From positions 1 to 49,641 of the forward strand of contig CAVKBJ010000001.1 of assembly GCA_963654505.1 (NCBI GenBank): a stretch of 49,641 nt of DNA, written 5' to 3'. The position numbers and the translations under genes are program-made. This document shows positions 36,361-47,186 of the stretch, piece after piece (position 1 is the stretch's first letter; the number at the start of each line of letters is the position of its first letter). Source of the DNA: Lachnospiraceae bacterium. GTDB lineage: Bacteria; Bacillota; Clostridia; Oscillospirales; Oscillospiraceae. Under the pieces are notes generated by a model. The model did no database searches, was not told the origin of the DNA, and saw only the letters and a program-made list of their open reading frames with translations.

Positions 36361-37692
36361 ATGGCGAAATACGGCGAAAGGCTTTTCCGCGCGCTGGTGC
36401 TCGCGGCGCTCTGCCTGCTGCTCGGCGGCTGCACAGCGAACGTGTCCACCGACAAGCTCTACGCCCTGCCGCGCCTTCCCGCGGAATACGCTTCGCTTGA
36501 GACGGAGATCAACGCGCTGCTCTCCGACGGCGCGGAGCACGCCGCGCCCACCTCGGGCAGCAATCTTCAAAGCGTGCAGATGGTCGATCTTGACGGCGAC
36601 GGCGTGGAGGAGGCGGTGGCCTTCTTCCGCAAGGCGACGGACGAGCGGCCCATGAAGATCTACTTCTTCAAGTCCGACGGCGACCGCTACGAGCAGATGG
36701 CTCTCATTGAGGGGACGGCCAGCTCGATCTACTCCATCGCCTATTACGATTTAGACGGCGACGGCCGGCGCGAAATTCTGGTCGGCTTCAAGAGCGGCAC
36801 GGAGGTACAGGTGCTCGCCGTTTACACCCTGCGCGGCAGCGAGCCGCTCAATCTGCTGACCACCGCGTACCTCCGCTACGCCGTGAGCGACCTCGACGGC
36901 GACGGCGGGCAGGAGCTGACCGTGTTTTACAGCGGCGAGGAGAACCGCTGCATGGCGGACTGCTACACCTGGGACGACCGCGAGCTGAGCTGCATTTCGA
37001 CGCTTGAGCTGTCCTTTTCCGCGCCGGAGCTTTCGCGCGTGACGGCGGGGACGCTCTCCGACGGGCAGAGCGCGCTCTACGTCACCGGCGTGGCGGACAA
37101 CAGCGTGGCGGCCTACGATATTCTGACGGTGAAAAACGGCGTTCTGCGCAGCATCACGCAGAATACAGCCGCCGCGGACGGAGGGTTCCTTTTCCTCTCG
37201 CTCTATCCGACCGATATTGACGGAAGCGGCGTGATCGAGGTTCCCGAGCCGGTCCCGTTCCCGCAGCTTGACGACGAAGGAAAGACCTATTACCGCATTC
37301 TCTGGCGCGATTACGACAGCACAGGAAAGAGCGAGGTCGTGTGCCGCACCTTCCACAACTCCGCCGACGGCTGGAGCCTGTTGCTGCCGGAAACGTGGGA
37401 CGAGAAGGTGTCGCTCCTGCGCAGCGGCATACCGGAGGAAAGCTCGGTCATTTTCTTCTACCGCGACGACGATGGACAGGCGCAGCCGTTTTTGGAGATC
37501 TGCGCCCTTACGGGCGCCGCCCGCGAGGAGCACGCCCAGCGCGGCGACCGCTTCGTGCTCGCCCGTCAGGTCGAGACCGTTTACACCGCCGAGCTGCTGC
37601 CCTGCGGCGACTGGGACGTCGCGGTCGATGATGAGACCGTGAAGGCAGGCTTCAGCCTGATCGTCGCCGAGTGGACGACGGGCGAAAACTGA
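36361..37692 (+). CDS. Lipoprotein with FG-GAP/VCBS-like repeats
   Basis: Start re-set to ATG 36361; lipobox LLGGC; three DLDGDG and one DIDGSG motifs. Confidence 0.72.
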   Translation: MAKYGERLFRALVLAALCLLLGGCTANVSTDKLYALPRLPAEYASLETEINALLSDGAEHAAPTSGSNLQSVQMVDLDGDGVEEAVAFFRKATDERPMKIYFFKSDGDRYEQMALIEGTASSIYSIAYYDLDGDGRREILVGFKSGTEVQVLAVYTLRGSEPLNLLTTAYLRYAVSDLDGDGGQELTVFYSGEENRCMADCYTWDDRELSCISTLELSFSAPELSRVTAGTLSDGQSALYVTGVADNSVAAYDILTVKNGVLRSITQNTAAADGGFLFLSLYPTDIDGSGVIEVPEPVPFPQLDDEGKTYYRILWRDYDSTGKSEVVCRTFHNSADGWSLLLPETWDEKVSLLRSGIPEESSVIFFYRDDDGQAQPFLEICALTGAAREEHAQRGDRFVLARQVETVYTAELLPCGDWDVAVDDETVKAGFSLIVAEWTTGEN

Positions 37693-37710
37693 GAAAGGAA
37701 TCGGAACGCG

Positions 37711-38406
37711 ATGAAAAAAGTGTTGGTCCTGGAGGACGAGTCCAGCATCCGCAGCTTTATCGTCATCAATCTGGTCCGCGCTGGCTACGAGGTCGTGGAG
37801 GCCGAGACCGGCGAGGAGGCGCTGGAAAAGCTCAGCGAAAATCCCGACGTGCGCGTCACGCTGCTCGACATCATGCTGCCGGGCATCGACGGTTTCGAGG
37901 TCTGCCGCCGCGTGCGCGCGGCCTATCCGCACATCGGCATCATCATGCTCACCGCCCGCTCGCAGGAGATGGACAAGGTCACCGGCCTGATGACCGGCGC
38001 GGACGACTATGTGACCAAGCCATTTTCTCCCGCCGAGCTGACCGCGCGCGTGGACGCGCTGCTGCGCCGCGCGGGCGAAGCGCCGGCGACCGGCGCTTCC
38101 GCCGGGGAGATCTCTCAGCCGCCGTTCCTGCTGAACCTGACCGACCGCACGGTGGCGAAGAACGGCAAGCGTCTCAAGCTCACACAGCTTGAGTATCAGA
38201 TCATGAAGCTCTTTATGGAAAATCCCGACAAGGCCCTCACGCGCGAGGAGATCCTCGACGCGGTGTGGGGGCGCGGCTACTTCGGCGAGGTGAAGATCGT
38301 GGACGTGAACATCCGCCGCCTGCGGCTGAAGATTGAGGACGACGCGCAGGAGCCGCGCTACATCGCCACCGTTTGGGGCACGGGCTACAAGTGGAGCACG
38401 GACTGA
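37711..38406 (+). CDS. OmpR-family response regulator
   Basis: LLDIMLP, GADDYVTKPF and TVWGTGY motifs. Confidence 0.93.
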   Translation: MKKVLVLEDESSIRSFIVINLVRAGYEVVEAETGEEALEKLSENPDVRVTLLDIMLPGIDGFEVCRRVRAAYPHIGIIMLTARSQEMDKVTGLMTGADDYVTKPFSPAELTARVDALLRRAGEAPATGASAGEISQPPFLLNLTDRTVAKNGKRLKLTQLEYQIMKLFMENPDKALTREEILDAVWGRGYFGEVKIVDVNIRRLRLKIEDDAQEPRYIATVWGTGYKWSTD

Positions 38407-38442
38407 GCGCGGAAGGATCGAAACGGAAAGGAGGCGACCGCC

Positions 38443-39864
38443 ATGCCCGCAAAGCGCGGATTGCGTATCCGCGGCCTGCGTCAGCGCTGGCTCGTGAACG
38501 CCGTGCTGCCGATCGTGCTGGTGGTCATCGCCATCGTCACGGTCTACACCCTCGGCGTAAGGCAGATATACTACAGCTCCATGCGTTCGGGCCTTGAGAC
38601 CCGCGCCCGCATTGCCGCCGACAATTTTTCGAGCTACGGCCTCAAGAGCTACAGCGAGTATTTTCGCTATGCCTCCATCACGACGGAGACCTTTGAGGAG
38701 AAGGATCGGCTCGAGCTTCAGTTCATCAACGTCAACGGTCGCGTACAGGTGTCGAGCTACGGTCTGACCGCCGGCACCTCGCCCGGCACGAGCGATGTGA
38801 CCGAGGCCGTCGCCACCGGAAAGCCGGCGGATTTCGAGGGTCTCGACCCGCAGACGGGGGAAAAGATCCTCTCCGTTTCCGCGCCGATCCACTTCAACGG
38901 CCGCGTGATCGGCGTGCTGCGCTACGTCACCTCGCTGCGCGAGGCGGACCGCAGCATACTCGTCAGCATGGCCGTCGCCATCGGCGTCGCGCTGCTGTGC
39001 GTGGGGCTTACCATCATCTCCAACGCTATCTTCATCAACAACGTCGTGCAGCCGGTCGCCGTCGTGAGCGACGCGGCGCGGCGCATTTCGGCGGGCAGCT
39101 ACGGCATCATGATCGACAACCATTACCGCGACGAGCTGGGCGAGCTGGTGGACAACATCAACGATATGTCGCTGAAAATATCGCAGTCCGAGAAGATACA
39201 GCAGGAGTTCATCTCCTCCGTTTCGCATGAGCTGCGAACGCCGCTCACCGCCATCAACGGCTGGGCGGAGACGCTCGCCGCCGATCCCTGCGCGGATCCG
39301 GAGCAGACGCGGCGGGGACTCAACATCATTGTCAAGGAGTCCCGCCGTCTGACCTCGATGGTCGAGGAGCTGCTGGAGTTCACCAAGATGCAGGACGGGC
39401 GCTTTACCCTGCGTGTGGAGGAGACCGATCTGCTCGCCGAGCTGGAGGACGCCATCTTCACCTACCGCGAGCTGTTCAGGCAGGAGGGCATCGAGCTGCG
39501 CTATGAGTGCGCGGACGAGCTGCCGCCCATCGTTGCCGACGGCGAGCGCATGAAGCAGGTGTTCTGCAACGTGCTCGACAACGCCGCCAAGCACGGCGGC
39601 AGCGGCAAGCGCATCGACGTGTCCGTGGCCGCCGAGAACGGCAGCATGGTCATCCGCGTGCGCGACTTCGGCCCCGGTATCCCGGTCGAGGAGCTGCCCT
39701 ACGTCAAGCAGAAATTCTACAAGGGCTCGTCCAAGGCGCGCGGAAGCGGCATCGGCCTTGCCGTGTGCGACGAGATCATGCGCCTGCACAACGGCACCTT
39801 TGATATCGCCAATGCGGAGGGCGGCGGCGCGGTCGTGACCATGACGCTCCCAATGGGGAAATAA
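38443..39864 (+). CDS. HAMP-containing sensor histidine kinase
   Basis: Two TM segments, SHELRTPLT, NVLDNAAKH, DFGPGI and GSGIGL motifs. Confidence 0.93.
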   Translation: MPAKRGLRIRGLRQRWLVNAVLPIVLVVIAIVTVYTLGVRQIYYSSMRSGLETRARIAADNFSSYGLKSYSEYFRYASITTETFEEKDRLELQFINVNGRVQVSSYGLTAGTSPGTSDVTEAVATGKPADFEGLDPQTGEKILSVSAPIHFNGRVIGVLRYVTSLREADRSILVSMAVAIGVALLCVGLTIISNAIFINNVVQPVAVVSDAARRISAGSYGIMIDNHYRDELGELVDNINDMSLKISQSEKIQQEFISSVSHELRTPLTAINGWAETLAADPCADPEQTRRGLNIIVKESRRLTSMVEELLEFTKMQDGRFTLRVEETDLLAELEDAIFTYRELFRQEGIELRYECADELPPIVADGERMKQVFCNVLDNAAKHGGSGKRIDVSVAAENGSMVIRVRDFGPGIPVEELPYVKQKFYKGSSKARGSGIGLAVCDEIMRLHNGTFDIANAEGGGAVVTMTLPMGK

Positions 39865-39868
39865 TTTT

Positions 39869-39907
39869 AGAACAACTGTTGCAATTTTGTAAAAGATATG
39901 ATACCAT
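39869..39907 (+). promoter_or_regulatory. Promoter with overlapping LexA-like box
   Basis: TTGCAA-17-TACCAT (39879-39907); AGAAC-AACT-GTTG overlapping the -35. Confidence 0.45.
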
Positions 39908-39927
39908 CATCGCAAGGAGAAACCCAC

Positions 39928-40887
39928 ATGGCAGAACAAAACCAAAGCAAACCGAAATTCCGGACCTCCATCGGCGGTCAGGCGCTTATCGAGGGCATCC
40001 TCATGCGCGGGCCGCAGAAGCAGGCCATCGTCGTCAGATCGAAGGAGGGGTTGGTCGAAAAGGTCGAGGAATTAAAGCTCGTCCGCGACCGCTATCCCGT
40101 TCTTGGGCTGCCGGTCATCCGCGGCTCCGTGACCTTTCTGGACTCCATGATCCGCGGGGTGAAGGCGCTGATGTACTCGGCGGACTTTTTCCCCGCGGAA
40201 GAGAGCGAGCCGTCGAAGTTAGACCAATGGCTCGAACGCAGGCTCGGCAGCGAGAAGCTGCAAAAGCTCGTCGTGGCCTTCGCGGTCGTGCTGTCGCTGG
40301 GGCTGACGATCGGCCTTTTCATGATCCTGCCGACCTTCCTCGCGGGCCTGCTCGGGAAATTTATCCCGAACGTGGTTGTGCATAACCTCGTCGAGTCCGT
40401 CATCAAACTGACGATCTTCTTCGGCTATCTGCTTTTGTGCTCGAAGCAGAAGGACATTCAGCGCGTGTTCCAGTATCACGGCGCGGAGCATAAGACCATT
40501 TTCTGCTACGAGGCGGGGCTGCCGCTGACGGTAGAAAACTGCCGGGTCCAGCCGCGCCACCATCCGCGCTGCGGCACGAGCTTTCTGTTCGTGGTGGTCG
40601 TGGTGTCGATCCTCGTTTCAAGCGTGGTGTTCAGCTTCGTTGACTGGCGCAACGTCTGGGTGCGCATCGGGCTGCACCTGCTGCTGCTCATTCCGGTCGT
40701 GGGCGTGACCTATGAGTTCAACCGCTACGTCGGCGGGCACGACAATCCCGTGACGAACGCGCTGGCGAAGCCGGGACTGTGGCTCCAGAACTTCACCACC
40801 AACGAGCCGGACGGCAGTATGCTTGAGGTCGCCATCCGCGCGATGGAGCTGGTCATTCCCGAGCAGAAGGGCAAGGACGAGTGGTAA
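39928..40887 (+). CDS. DUF1385 (YqhQ-like) membrane protein
   Basis: IGGQALIEG, YHGAEHK and HPRCGTSF motifs; AAGGAG RBS. Confidence 0.88.
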   Translation: MAEQNQSKPKFRTSIGGQALIEGILMRGPQKQAIVVRSKEGLVEKVEELKLVRDRYPVLGLPVIRGSVTFLDSMIRGVKALMYSADFFPAEESEPSKLDQWLERRLGSEKLQKLVVAFAVVLSLGLTIGLFMILPTFLAGLLGKFIPNVVVHNLVESVIKLTIFFGYLLLCSKQKDIQRVFQYHGAEHKTIFCYEAGLPLTVENCRVQPRHHPRCGTSFLFVVVVVSILVSSVVFSFVDWRNVWVRIGLHLLLLIPVVGVTYEFNRYVGGHDNPVTNALAKPGLWLQNFTTNEPDGSMLEVAIRAMELVIPEQKGKDEW

Positions 40888-41754
40888 ATGGCGATCAGGT
40901 ATAACGACCTCTATATGGATCTCCGCAAGCGGCTGCGCGCGGCGGGGGCAGAGGACGCGACGCAGGCGGCGCGCGAGCTGGTCTGCACCGCGTCGGGGAA
41001 AACGAAGAACGAGCTTCTGCGCGATAGGCTGCTCTACGCCTCGCCCGAGGTCGAGCAGGCGGCGTACTCCCTCTGCGCGCGGCATCTGGCGGGCGAGCCG
41101 GTGGCCTACCTCATCGGCGAGTGGGAGTTTTACGGGCTGGGGCTGGATATTTCGCCCGCCGTGCTCATTCCACGCCCCGACACAGAGGTGCTGGTGCAGA
41201 CGGTCGTTCACGAGCTGGACTCCGGCGCGGACTGCCGCGTGCTCGACCTGTGCGCCGGAAGTGGCTGCATCGGCCTTGCAGTGGCAAGTCAGGTGCTCCG
41301 CGCCCGCGTGCTGCTCGGTGAGCTGGACGACGAGGCGCTCAAGGTCTGCCGGCAGAACATCCGCCGCAATCAGCTTACCGCGCGGGTGACGAGCCTGCGC
41401 ATCGACGCGCGCGAGAAGCCCTCGCGTCAGCTCGGGGAGTTCGACTGCATCGTGTCCAACCCGCCGTATATTCCCACGGCGGACATCGAAACGCTCGATG
41501 CTTCCGTGCGCGACCACGAGCCGCACCTGGCACTCGACGGCGGCGCGGACGGGCTGGATTTCTACCGCGTCATCTCCGACAGGTGGCGCGACGCGCTCAC
41601 GCCAAACGGCCTTTTGGCTTTCGAGGTCGGCATCGGTCAGGCGGACGAGGTGCTGCGCATCATGCGCGCGAACGGCTTCGGCGATATCCAGATCGTGCGC
41701 GACCTGCACGATATCCCGCGCGTGGTCTACGGGCGGCTTTGCAAAGAGATTTGA
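40888..41754 (+). CDS. prmC: Release factor glutamine methyltransferase
   Basis: [20 protein letters not shown] and ALDGGADGL motifs. Confidence 0.94.
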   Translation: MAIRYNDLYMDLRKRLRAAGAEDATQAARELVCTASGKTKNELLRDRLLYASPEVEQAAYSLCARHLAGEPVAYLIGEWEFYGLGLDISPAVLIPRPDTEVLVQTVVHELDSGADCRVLDLCAGSGCIGLAVASQVLRARVLLGELDDEALKVCRQNIRRNQLTARVTSLRIDAREKPSRQLGEFDCIVSNPPYIPTADIETLDASVRDHEPHLALDGGADGLDFYRVISDRWRDALTPNGLLAFEVGIGQADEVLRIMRANGFGDIQIVRDLHDIPRVVYGRLCKEI

Positions 41755-41794
41755 GACATTCAGAGAAAGAACGAAAACGGGAGGACAGAATATT

Positions 41795-42904
41795 ATGGCA
41801 GCAGAGAAAGTGACGAAACCGGCGGCGGCTACGCCCGCGCCCAACGCGGAGAAAAAGCGCGCCATCGAGACTGCGATGGCGCAGATCGAAAAGCTCTACG
41901 GCAAGGGCTCCATCATGCGCTGCGGCGACGAACGGGCCGCGAACGTGGAGGCGATCTCCACCGGTTCGCTGGCGCTCGACCTCGCGCTCGGCATCGGCGG
42001 ACTGCCCAAGGGCCGCATCGTGGAGATCTACGGCCCCGAGTCCTCCGGTAAGACGACGCTTGCCCTGCACGTCCTCGCGCAGGCGCAGAAGGCCGGCGGC
42101 GAGGTTGCGTTTATCGACGCCGAGCACGCGCTCGACATCGGCTACGCCCACGCCCTCGGCGTGAACGTGGAGGAGATGCTCGTCTCCCAGCCGGACACCG
42201 GCGAGCAGGCACTTGAAATTACCGAGGCGCTCGTGCGCTCCGGCGCGATCGACGTGATCGTGGTGGACTCCGTCGCCGCGCTTGTGCCGCGCGCGGAGAT
42301 CGAGGGCGAGATGGGCGACAGCTTCGTGGGCCTGCACGCCCGCCTCATGTCGCAGGCGCTGCGCAAGCTCGCCGGCGCGATCAACAAAACGAACTGCATT
42401 GTCGTTTTCATCAACCAGCTGCGCGAAAAGGTCGGCGTGATGTACGGCAACCCCGAGGTCACCACCGGCGGCCGCGCGCTGAAATTCTACGCGAGCGTGC
42501 GCATCGATGTGCGCCGCATCGAAACGCTCAAAAACGGCAGCGAGATGATCGGCAACCGCACCCGCGCCAAGGTCGTGAAAAATAAGATGGCGCCCCCGTT
42601 CCGCGAGGCGGAGTTCGACATCATGTACGGCGAGGGCATTTCCATGCTCGGCGAGCTGATCGACCTCGGCGTGAAGCTAGACCTCGTGCAGAAGAGCGGC
42701 TCGTGGTACTCGATGGGCGAAACGCGCATCGGTCAGGGCCGCGACGCGGCCAAGCAGTTTCTGCGCGACAATCCCGAGGTCGCGGAAAAGCTCGAGGCCG
42801 ACATCCGCCGCGACTTCCACAAGCTCATGAGCAACCAGTCCAAGATCGCCGCCAAGGCGGCGGGGCGCGCCGTGGACGTCAGCGCCGACGATTTCGAGGG
42901 CTGA
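41795..42904 (+). CDS. recA: Recombinase A
   Basis: [16 protein letters not shown] and ALKFYAS motifs; start re-set to ATG 41795. Confidence 0.98.
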   Translation: MAAEKVTKPAAATPAPNAEKKRAIETAMAQIEKLYGKGSIMRCGDERAANVEAISTGSLALDLALGIGGLPKGRIVEIYGPESSGKTTLALHVLAQAQKAGGEVAFIDAEHALDIGYAHALGVNVEEMLVSQPDTGEQALEITEALVRSGAIDVIVVDSVAALVPRAEIEGEMGDSFVGLHARLMSQALRKLAGAINKTNCIVVFINQLREKVGVMYGNPEVTTGGRALKFYASVRIDVRRIETLKNGSEMIGNRTRAKVVKNKMAPPFREAEFDIMYGEGISMLGELIDLGVKLDLVQKSGSWYSMGETRIGQGRDAAKQFLRDNPEVAEKLEADIRRDFHKLMSNQSKIAAKAAGRAVDVSADDFEG

Positions 42905-43536
42905 TGAAGATCGAGCGCATCGAACGGTCGAAGCATAAAAAAGAGCGCGTTCTCGTGTATCTGGAGGGGGGAGACCTCCTCCGGATCACCGAGGGCGAGC
43001 TTTTGCATTTCGGTTTGTATGTGGGGCTGGACATTTCCCCCGAGACTGTGGTACAATTACATAAATGCGGCGCGCGCAGCGAGACACGCGTGCGCGCGGC
43101 GAACATGATCTCCGCCCGCTCGCTCTCCAAAAAGGAGCTGACGCGACGTCTCGTGCAGAAGGGCGCGGAAACGGACGACGCCGATGCGGCGGCGGAGTAT
43201 CTGGAGGGGCTTGGCGCATTGGATGATGCGGCGTATGCCGCCATGCTCGTGCAGCATTACAGCGCACAGGGCTATGGGAAGGCCCGACTGCGTGACGAGC
43301 TGTACCGCCGCGGCGTTCCCCGCGAGCTGTGGGAGGCGGCGCTGGAGAACGCTCCCGACGCACAGGAGACGCTCGCGCGTGTCATCGCGTCGAAAACGAA
43401 GGGAAAGCCCCTCGATGAAAAGGACTATAAACGCTTGTCGGACGCACTGCTGCGCCGCGGCTTTTCGTGGGGTGAGGTCAAGGCCGCCCTGCGGACGGCG
43501 GGCGCGGCACTGACGGACGCGGACGGAGAAGCGTAA
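42904..43536 (+). CDS. recX: Regulatory protein RecX
   Basis: TGATG coupling to recA; three-helix repeats ending LLRRGF. Confidence 0.88.
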   Translation: MKIERIERSKHKKERVLVYLEGGDLLRITEGELLHFGLYVGLDISPETVVQLHKCGARSETRVRAANMISARSLSKKELTRRLVQKGAETDDADAAAEYLEGLGALDDAAYAAMLVQHYSAQGYGKARLRDELYRRGVPRELWEAALENAPDAQETLARVIASKTKGKPLDEKDYKRLSDALLRRGFSWGEVKAALRTAGAALTDADGEA

Positions 43537-43582
43537 TTTACAAGAATCGTGCCGCCGGTGCGCGGCGGACGGGAAGAATACT

Positions 43583-44908
43583 ATGGCTTATAAACTCTAC
43601 TTTATTTCGCTCGGCTGCGCGAAAAATATGGTCAACTGCGAGCAGATGATGGCCCTGTGCCGCGACGCCGGCATGGAGCTGCGCGATGCGCCGGAGGGCT
43701 GCGACGCCGCGGTGGTCAACACTTGCGGCTTCCTTTCGAGCGCGAACGAGGAGGCCATCGAGAACATCCTCGCGATGGCGGAGCTGAAAAAGGCCGGCAA
43801 GCTCAAAAAGATCCTTGTCACCGGCTGCATGACGCAGCGCTATCAGGGCGAGGTGGCAAAGGAACTGCCCGAGGTGGACGGAATCCTCGGCACCGGCAGC
43901 TATAAGGACATTGTGGACGCGGTCGAGACCGTCATGGCCGGCGGCAGCGTCAGCCGCTTCGACGACATCAACGCGCCGGTCGATGAATTCGGCCGCGTGC
44001 TCACCACGCCTGGCCACTACGCCTTCCTGCGCATCGCGGAGGGCTGCGACAACTGGTGCGCGTTCTGCATCATTCCCAAGCTGCGCGGCAAATACCGCTC
44101 CCGCACGATGGAAAACGTGCTCGCTGAGGCGAAAACGCTTGCCGGTGCCGGCGTGAAGGAATTGATCGTCATCGCGCAGGACATCACGCGCTACGGCGTG
44201 GACTGGGACGGCAAGCCACACCTTGCCGACCTGCTGGAGGAGCTGTGCAGGCTTGATTTTCACTGGATCCGGCTCCACTACCTCTACCCCGAGTGGATCG
44301 ACGACCGGCTGATCGACGTTATCGCCCGCGAGGACAGGATATTGAAGTACCTTGACATTCCGCTCCAGCACTGCAACGACAAAATCCTCAGGAAAATGAA
44401 CCGCCGCGGCGACAAGAAGTACCTCTGCACCCTGCTCGACAAGCTGCGCGAACGCATCCCCGGCCTTGTGCTGCGCACGTCGATCATCGCGGGACTGCCC
44501 AGCGAGGGAGAGGCGGAATTCGACGAGCTGTGCGATTTCCTGCGCGAACAGAAGCTGCTGCGCGCGGGCGTGTTCCCCTACTCCCCCGAAGAGGGGACAA
44601 GGGCCGCGAAGATGGAGCGCGTCGATACCGACGAGGCCGTGCGCCGCGCCGAGCGGATCGTGGATATTCAAAGCGGGATCATCGATGAGTGGAACGAGGA
44701 GCATCAGGGCGACGTGATGGAGGTCCTCTGCGAGGGCTTCGACGGGCAGTCCATGCTCTTTACCGGCCGAAGCTACGCCGAGTCGCCGGATATCGACGGA
44801 CTGATCTACTTCTCCGCGCCCCGCGAGGTCGCGGCGGGCGAATTTGTGCCCGTGCGCATCACCGGCACGATGGACGGCGAGCTGACCGGCGAGCTGGTCG
44901 GGGAATAA
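43583..44908 (+). CDS. rimO: Ribosomal protein S12 methylthiotransferase
   Basis: SLGCAKN, NTCGF, EGCDNWCAFCIIP, TRAM-like C-terminus with PDIDG. Confidence 0.92.
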   Translation: MAYKLYFISLGCAKNMVNCEQMMALCRDAGMELRDAPEGCDAAVVNTCGFLSSANEEAIENILAMAELKKAGKLKKILVTGCMTQRYQGEVAKELPEVDGILGTGSYKDIVDAVETVMAGGSVSRFDDINAPVDEFGRVLTTPGHYAFLRIAEGCDNWCAFCIIPKLRGKYRSRTMENVLAEAKTLAGAGVKELIVIAQDITRYGVDWDGKPHLADLLEELCRLDFHWIRLHYLYPEWIDDRLIDVIAREDRILKYLDIPLQHCNDKILRKMNRRGDKKYLCTLLDKLRERIPGLVLRTSIIAGLPSEGEAEFDELCDFLREQKLLRAGVFPYSPEEGTRAAKMERVDTDEAVRRAERIVDIQSGIIDEWNEEHQGDVMEVLCEGFDGQSMLFTGRSYAESPDIDGLIYFSAPREVAAGEFVPVRITGTMDGELTGELVGE

Positions 44909-44973
44909 CGCGCCGCGCGAGCGCGGCAACAGCAAACACCGGCGCACCGGTGCCTTGAAAGGACTGTTCACAG

Positions 44974-45516
44974 ATGACGACTGCCAATAAGCTCACCCTT
45001 GTGCGGGTGGCGCTGATCCCTGTGTTTCTGGTGATCCTGTATCTCGACTTTCCCTACGCGCGCTACGCCGCCTTCGGCGTGTTCGTGGCTGCGTGCCTGA
45101 CCGACTTTGTGGACGGCTACATCGCCCGCCACTACGATCAGGTCACCAACTTCGGAAAGTTCATGGACCCGCTGGCGGACAAGGTGCTCGTCATGGCGGC
45201 GATGTGCTACCTCGTCGAGATCGGACAGATGCCCGGCTGGTGCCTTGCCGTTGTGCTGCTGCGGGAGTTCGCCGTGTCCGGTATGCGCCTTGTCGCGGTC
45301 GAACAGGGGCGCGTGATCGCCGCGGCGTGGTCGGGCAAGGTCAAGACCGCCTCGACTATGGTGTGCCTGTGCGCGATGCTGCTCAACGTGTTCGGCGGCT
45401 ATGCGTGGTTCGACCCGCTGTGCAGCGCCGTCATTGTGCTGACCACCGCCTACTCCGGTATCGAATACTTCATCAAGAACATTGACGTGTTCCGCGAGGC
45501 GGACCGTAAAGAGTAA
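44974..45516 (+). CDS. pgsA: Phosphatidylglycerophosphate synthase
   Basis: TDFVDGYIAR...GKFMDPLADK motif. Confidence 0.94.
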   Translation: MTTANKLTLVRVALIPVFLVILYLDFPYARYAAFGVFVAACLTDFVDGYIARHYDQVTNFGKFMDPLADKVLVMAAMCYLVEIGQMPGWCLAVVLLREFAVSGMRLVAVEQGRVIAAAWSGKVKTASTMVCLCAMLLNVFGGYAWFDPLCSAVIVLTTAYSGIEYFIKNIDVFREADRKE

Positions 45517-45541
45517 ATTTTTCCTGTAAAGGAGTTTTTCT

Positions 45542-46993
45542 ATGTACCTGTATAATTCCGCTACCCACAAAAAGGAAGAGCTGAAAACGCATACCCCAAA
45601 CCACGTCGAGATGTATACCTGCGGCCCGACTGTCTATCACTTCGCACACATCGGCAACCTGCGCAGCTATATTATGGAGGACGTGCTGGAAAAGTATCTC
45701 CGCTTCGCGGGCTATGACGTGAACCGCGTCATGAACATCACCGACGTCGGCCACCTCACGAGCGACGCCGACGAGGGTGAGGACAAGATGCTCAAGGGCG
45801 CAAAACGCGAGCATAAGACCGTCATGGAGATCGCGCAGTATTATACCGACGCGTTCTTTGCCGACTGCCGCAAGCTCAACATCAAGCGTCCGGACGTCGT
45901 GCAGCCCGCGACGGGCCTCATCGACGACTATATCAAGATCATTACGAAGCTCCTCGACACCGGCTATGCCTACCTCGCCGGCGGCAACGTGTATTTCGAC
46001 ACCTCCAAGCTGAACCGCTACTATATCTTCAACGACCACAACGAGGAGGATCTTGCCGTCGGCGTGCGCGAGGGCGTGGAGGAGGATACGAACAAGAAGA
46101 ACAAGAATGACTTCGTCCTTTGGTTCACCAAGTCGAAGTTTGAGGATCAGGCGCTCAAATGGGATTCCCCGTGGGGCGTGGGCTATCCCGGCTGGCACAT
46201 CGAGTGCTCCGGCATTTCGATGAAGTATAACGGCGAATACCTCGACCTGCACTGCGGCGGCGTGGACAACGCCTTCCCGCATCACACCAACGAGATCGCG
46301 CAGTCGGAGAGCTACCTCGGCCATGCGTGGTGCCCGCACTGGTGTCACGTCGCCCACCTCAACACGACGGACGGCAAGATGTCGAAGTCCAAGGGCGAGT
46401 TTTTGACGGTCTCGCTGCTTGAGGAGAAGGGCTATGACCCGCTCGCTTACCGCTTTTTCTGCCTGCAAAGCCACTATCGCAAGAGTCTGGTGTTCACTTG
46501 GGAAAATCTTGACAACGCCGCGCTTGCCTATAATAAGCTCATCGCCAAGATCGCGGCCATCAAGGGCGAGGGCGGTGTGGACGAGGCCGTGCGGAGCGAG
46601 TACCGCGCGAAGTTCGCCAAGGAGATGGACAATGACCTCAACACCGCTATGGGCGTGACCGTGCTTTACGATGTACTCAAGGATAGGACCACGGGCGCGA
46701 CCAAGCTCGCGGTCATCGCGGACATTGACACGGTGCTCAGCCTTGACCTTGTCGTCAAGGCCGCCGCGCTGCGCGAGAAGAACGCTGCGGCCGCGGCGCA
46801 GGGCGTGGGCGAGTTCGCCGTCGTGGCTGAGGACGGCGCGCCGGACGAGGGCGTCGAGACGCTGATCCGTCAGCGTGCGGAGGCAAAGAAGGCGAAGAAC
46901 TTCGCCGAGGCCGACCGCATCCGCGACGAGCTGAAGGCGCGGGGCGTCGAGGTGACCGATATGCCCAACGGCGCGAAGTGGAGGAGAGTGTGA
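45542..46993 (+). CDS. cysS: Cysteine-tRNA ligase
   Basis: CGPTVY, HIGN, PGWHIEC and KMSKS motifs. Confidence 0.96.
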   Translation: MYLYNSATHKKEELKTHTPNHVEMYTCGPTVYHFAHIGNLRSYIMEDVLEKYLRFAGYDVNRVMNITDVGHLTSDADEGEDKMLKGAKREHKTVMEIAQYYTDAFFADCRKLNIKRPDVVQPATGLIDDYIKIITKLLDTGYAYLAGGNVYFDTSKLNRYYIFNDHNEEDLAVGVREGVEEDTNKKNKNDFVLWFTKSKFEDQALKWDSPWGVGYPGWHIECSGISMKYNGEYLDLHCGGVDNAFPHHTNEIAQSESYLGHAWCPHWCHVAHLNTTDGKMSKSKGEFLTVSLLEEKGYDPLAYRFFCLQSHYRKSLVFTWENLDNAALAYNKLIAKIAAIKGEGGVDEAVRSEYRAKFAKEMDNDLNTAMGVTVLYDVLKDRTTGATKLAVIADIDTVLSLDLVVKAAALREKNAAAAAQGVGEFAVVAEDGAPDEGVETLIRQRAEAKKAKNFAEADRIRDELKARGVEVTDMPNGAKWRRV

Positions 46994-47039
46994 CGCGGAA
47001 CCGGAGAGACCGGGGCTGACGCCGCAAAATTAAGACGAC

Positions 47040-47082
47040 GATACCGGCGCATTGAAGAGATTTCAGTGTGCCGGTATCTTTT
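47040..47082 (+). terminator. Intrinsic terminator after cysS
   Basis: GATACCGGC/GCCGGTATC long stem plus TTTT. Confidence 0.7.
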
Positions 47083-47186
47083 GGGAAACGCCGGGCCTAC
47101 CGGAGAAGCTGTCCGCTCTTGACATTTTATCCGACAATCGGTATGCTCTGATCGTATGATTTTATGGGAGGAAAGGAGCGAGGACC

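Noticed and set aside
45517..45541. T-box leader for cysS
   Set aside because: Only 25 bp between pgsA and cysS
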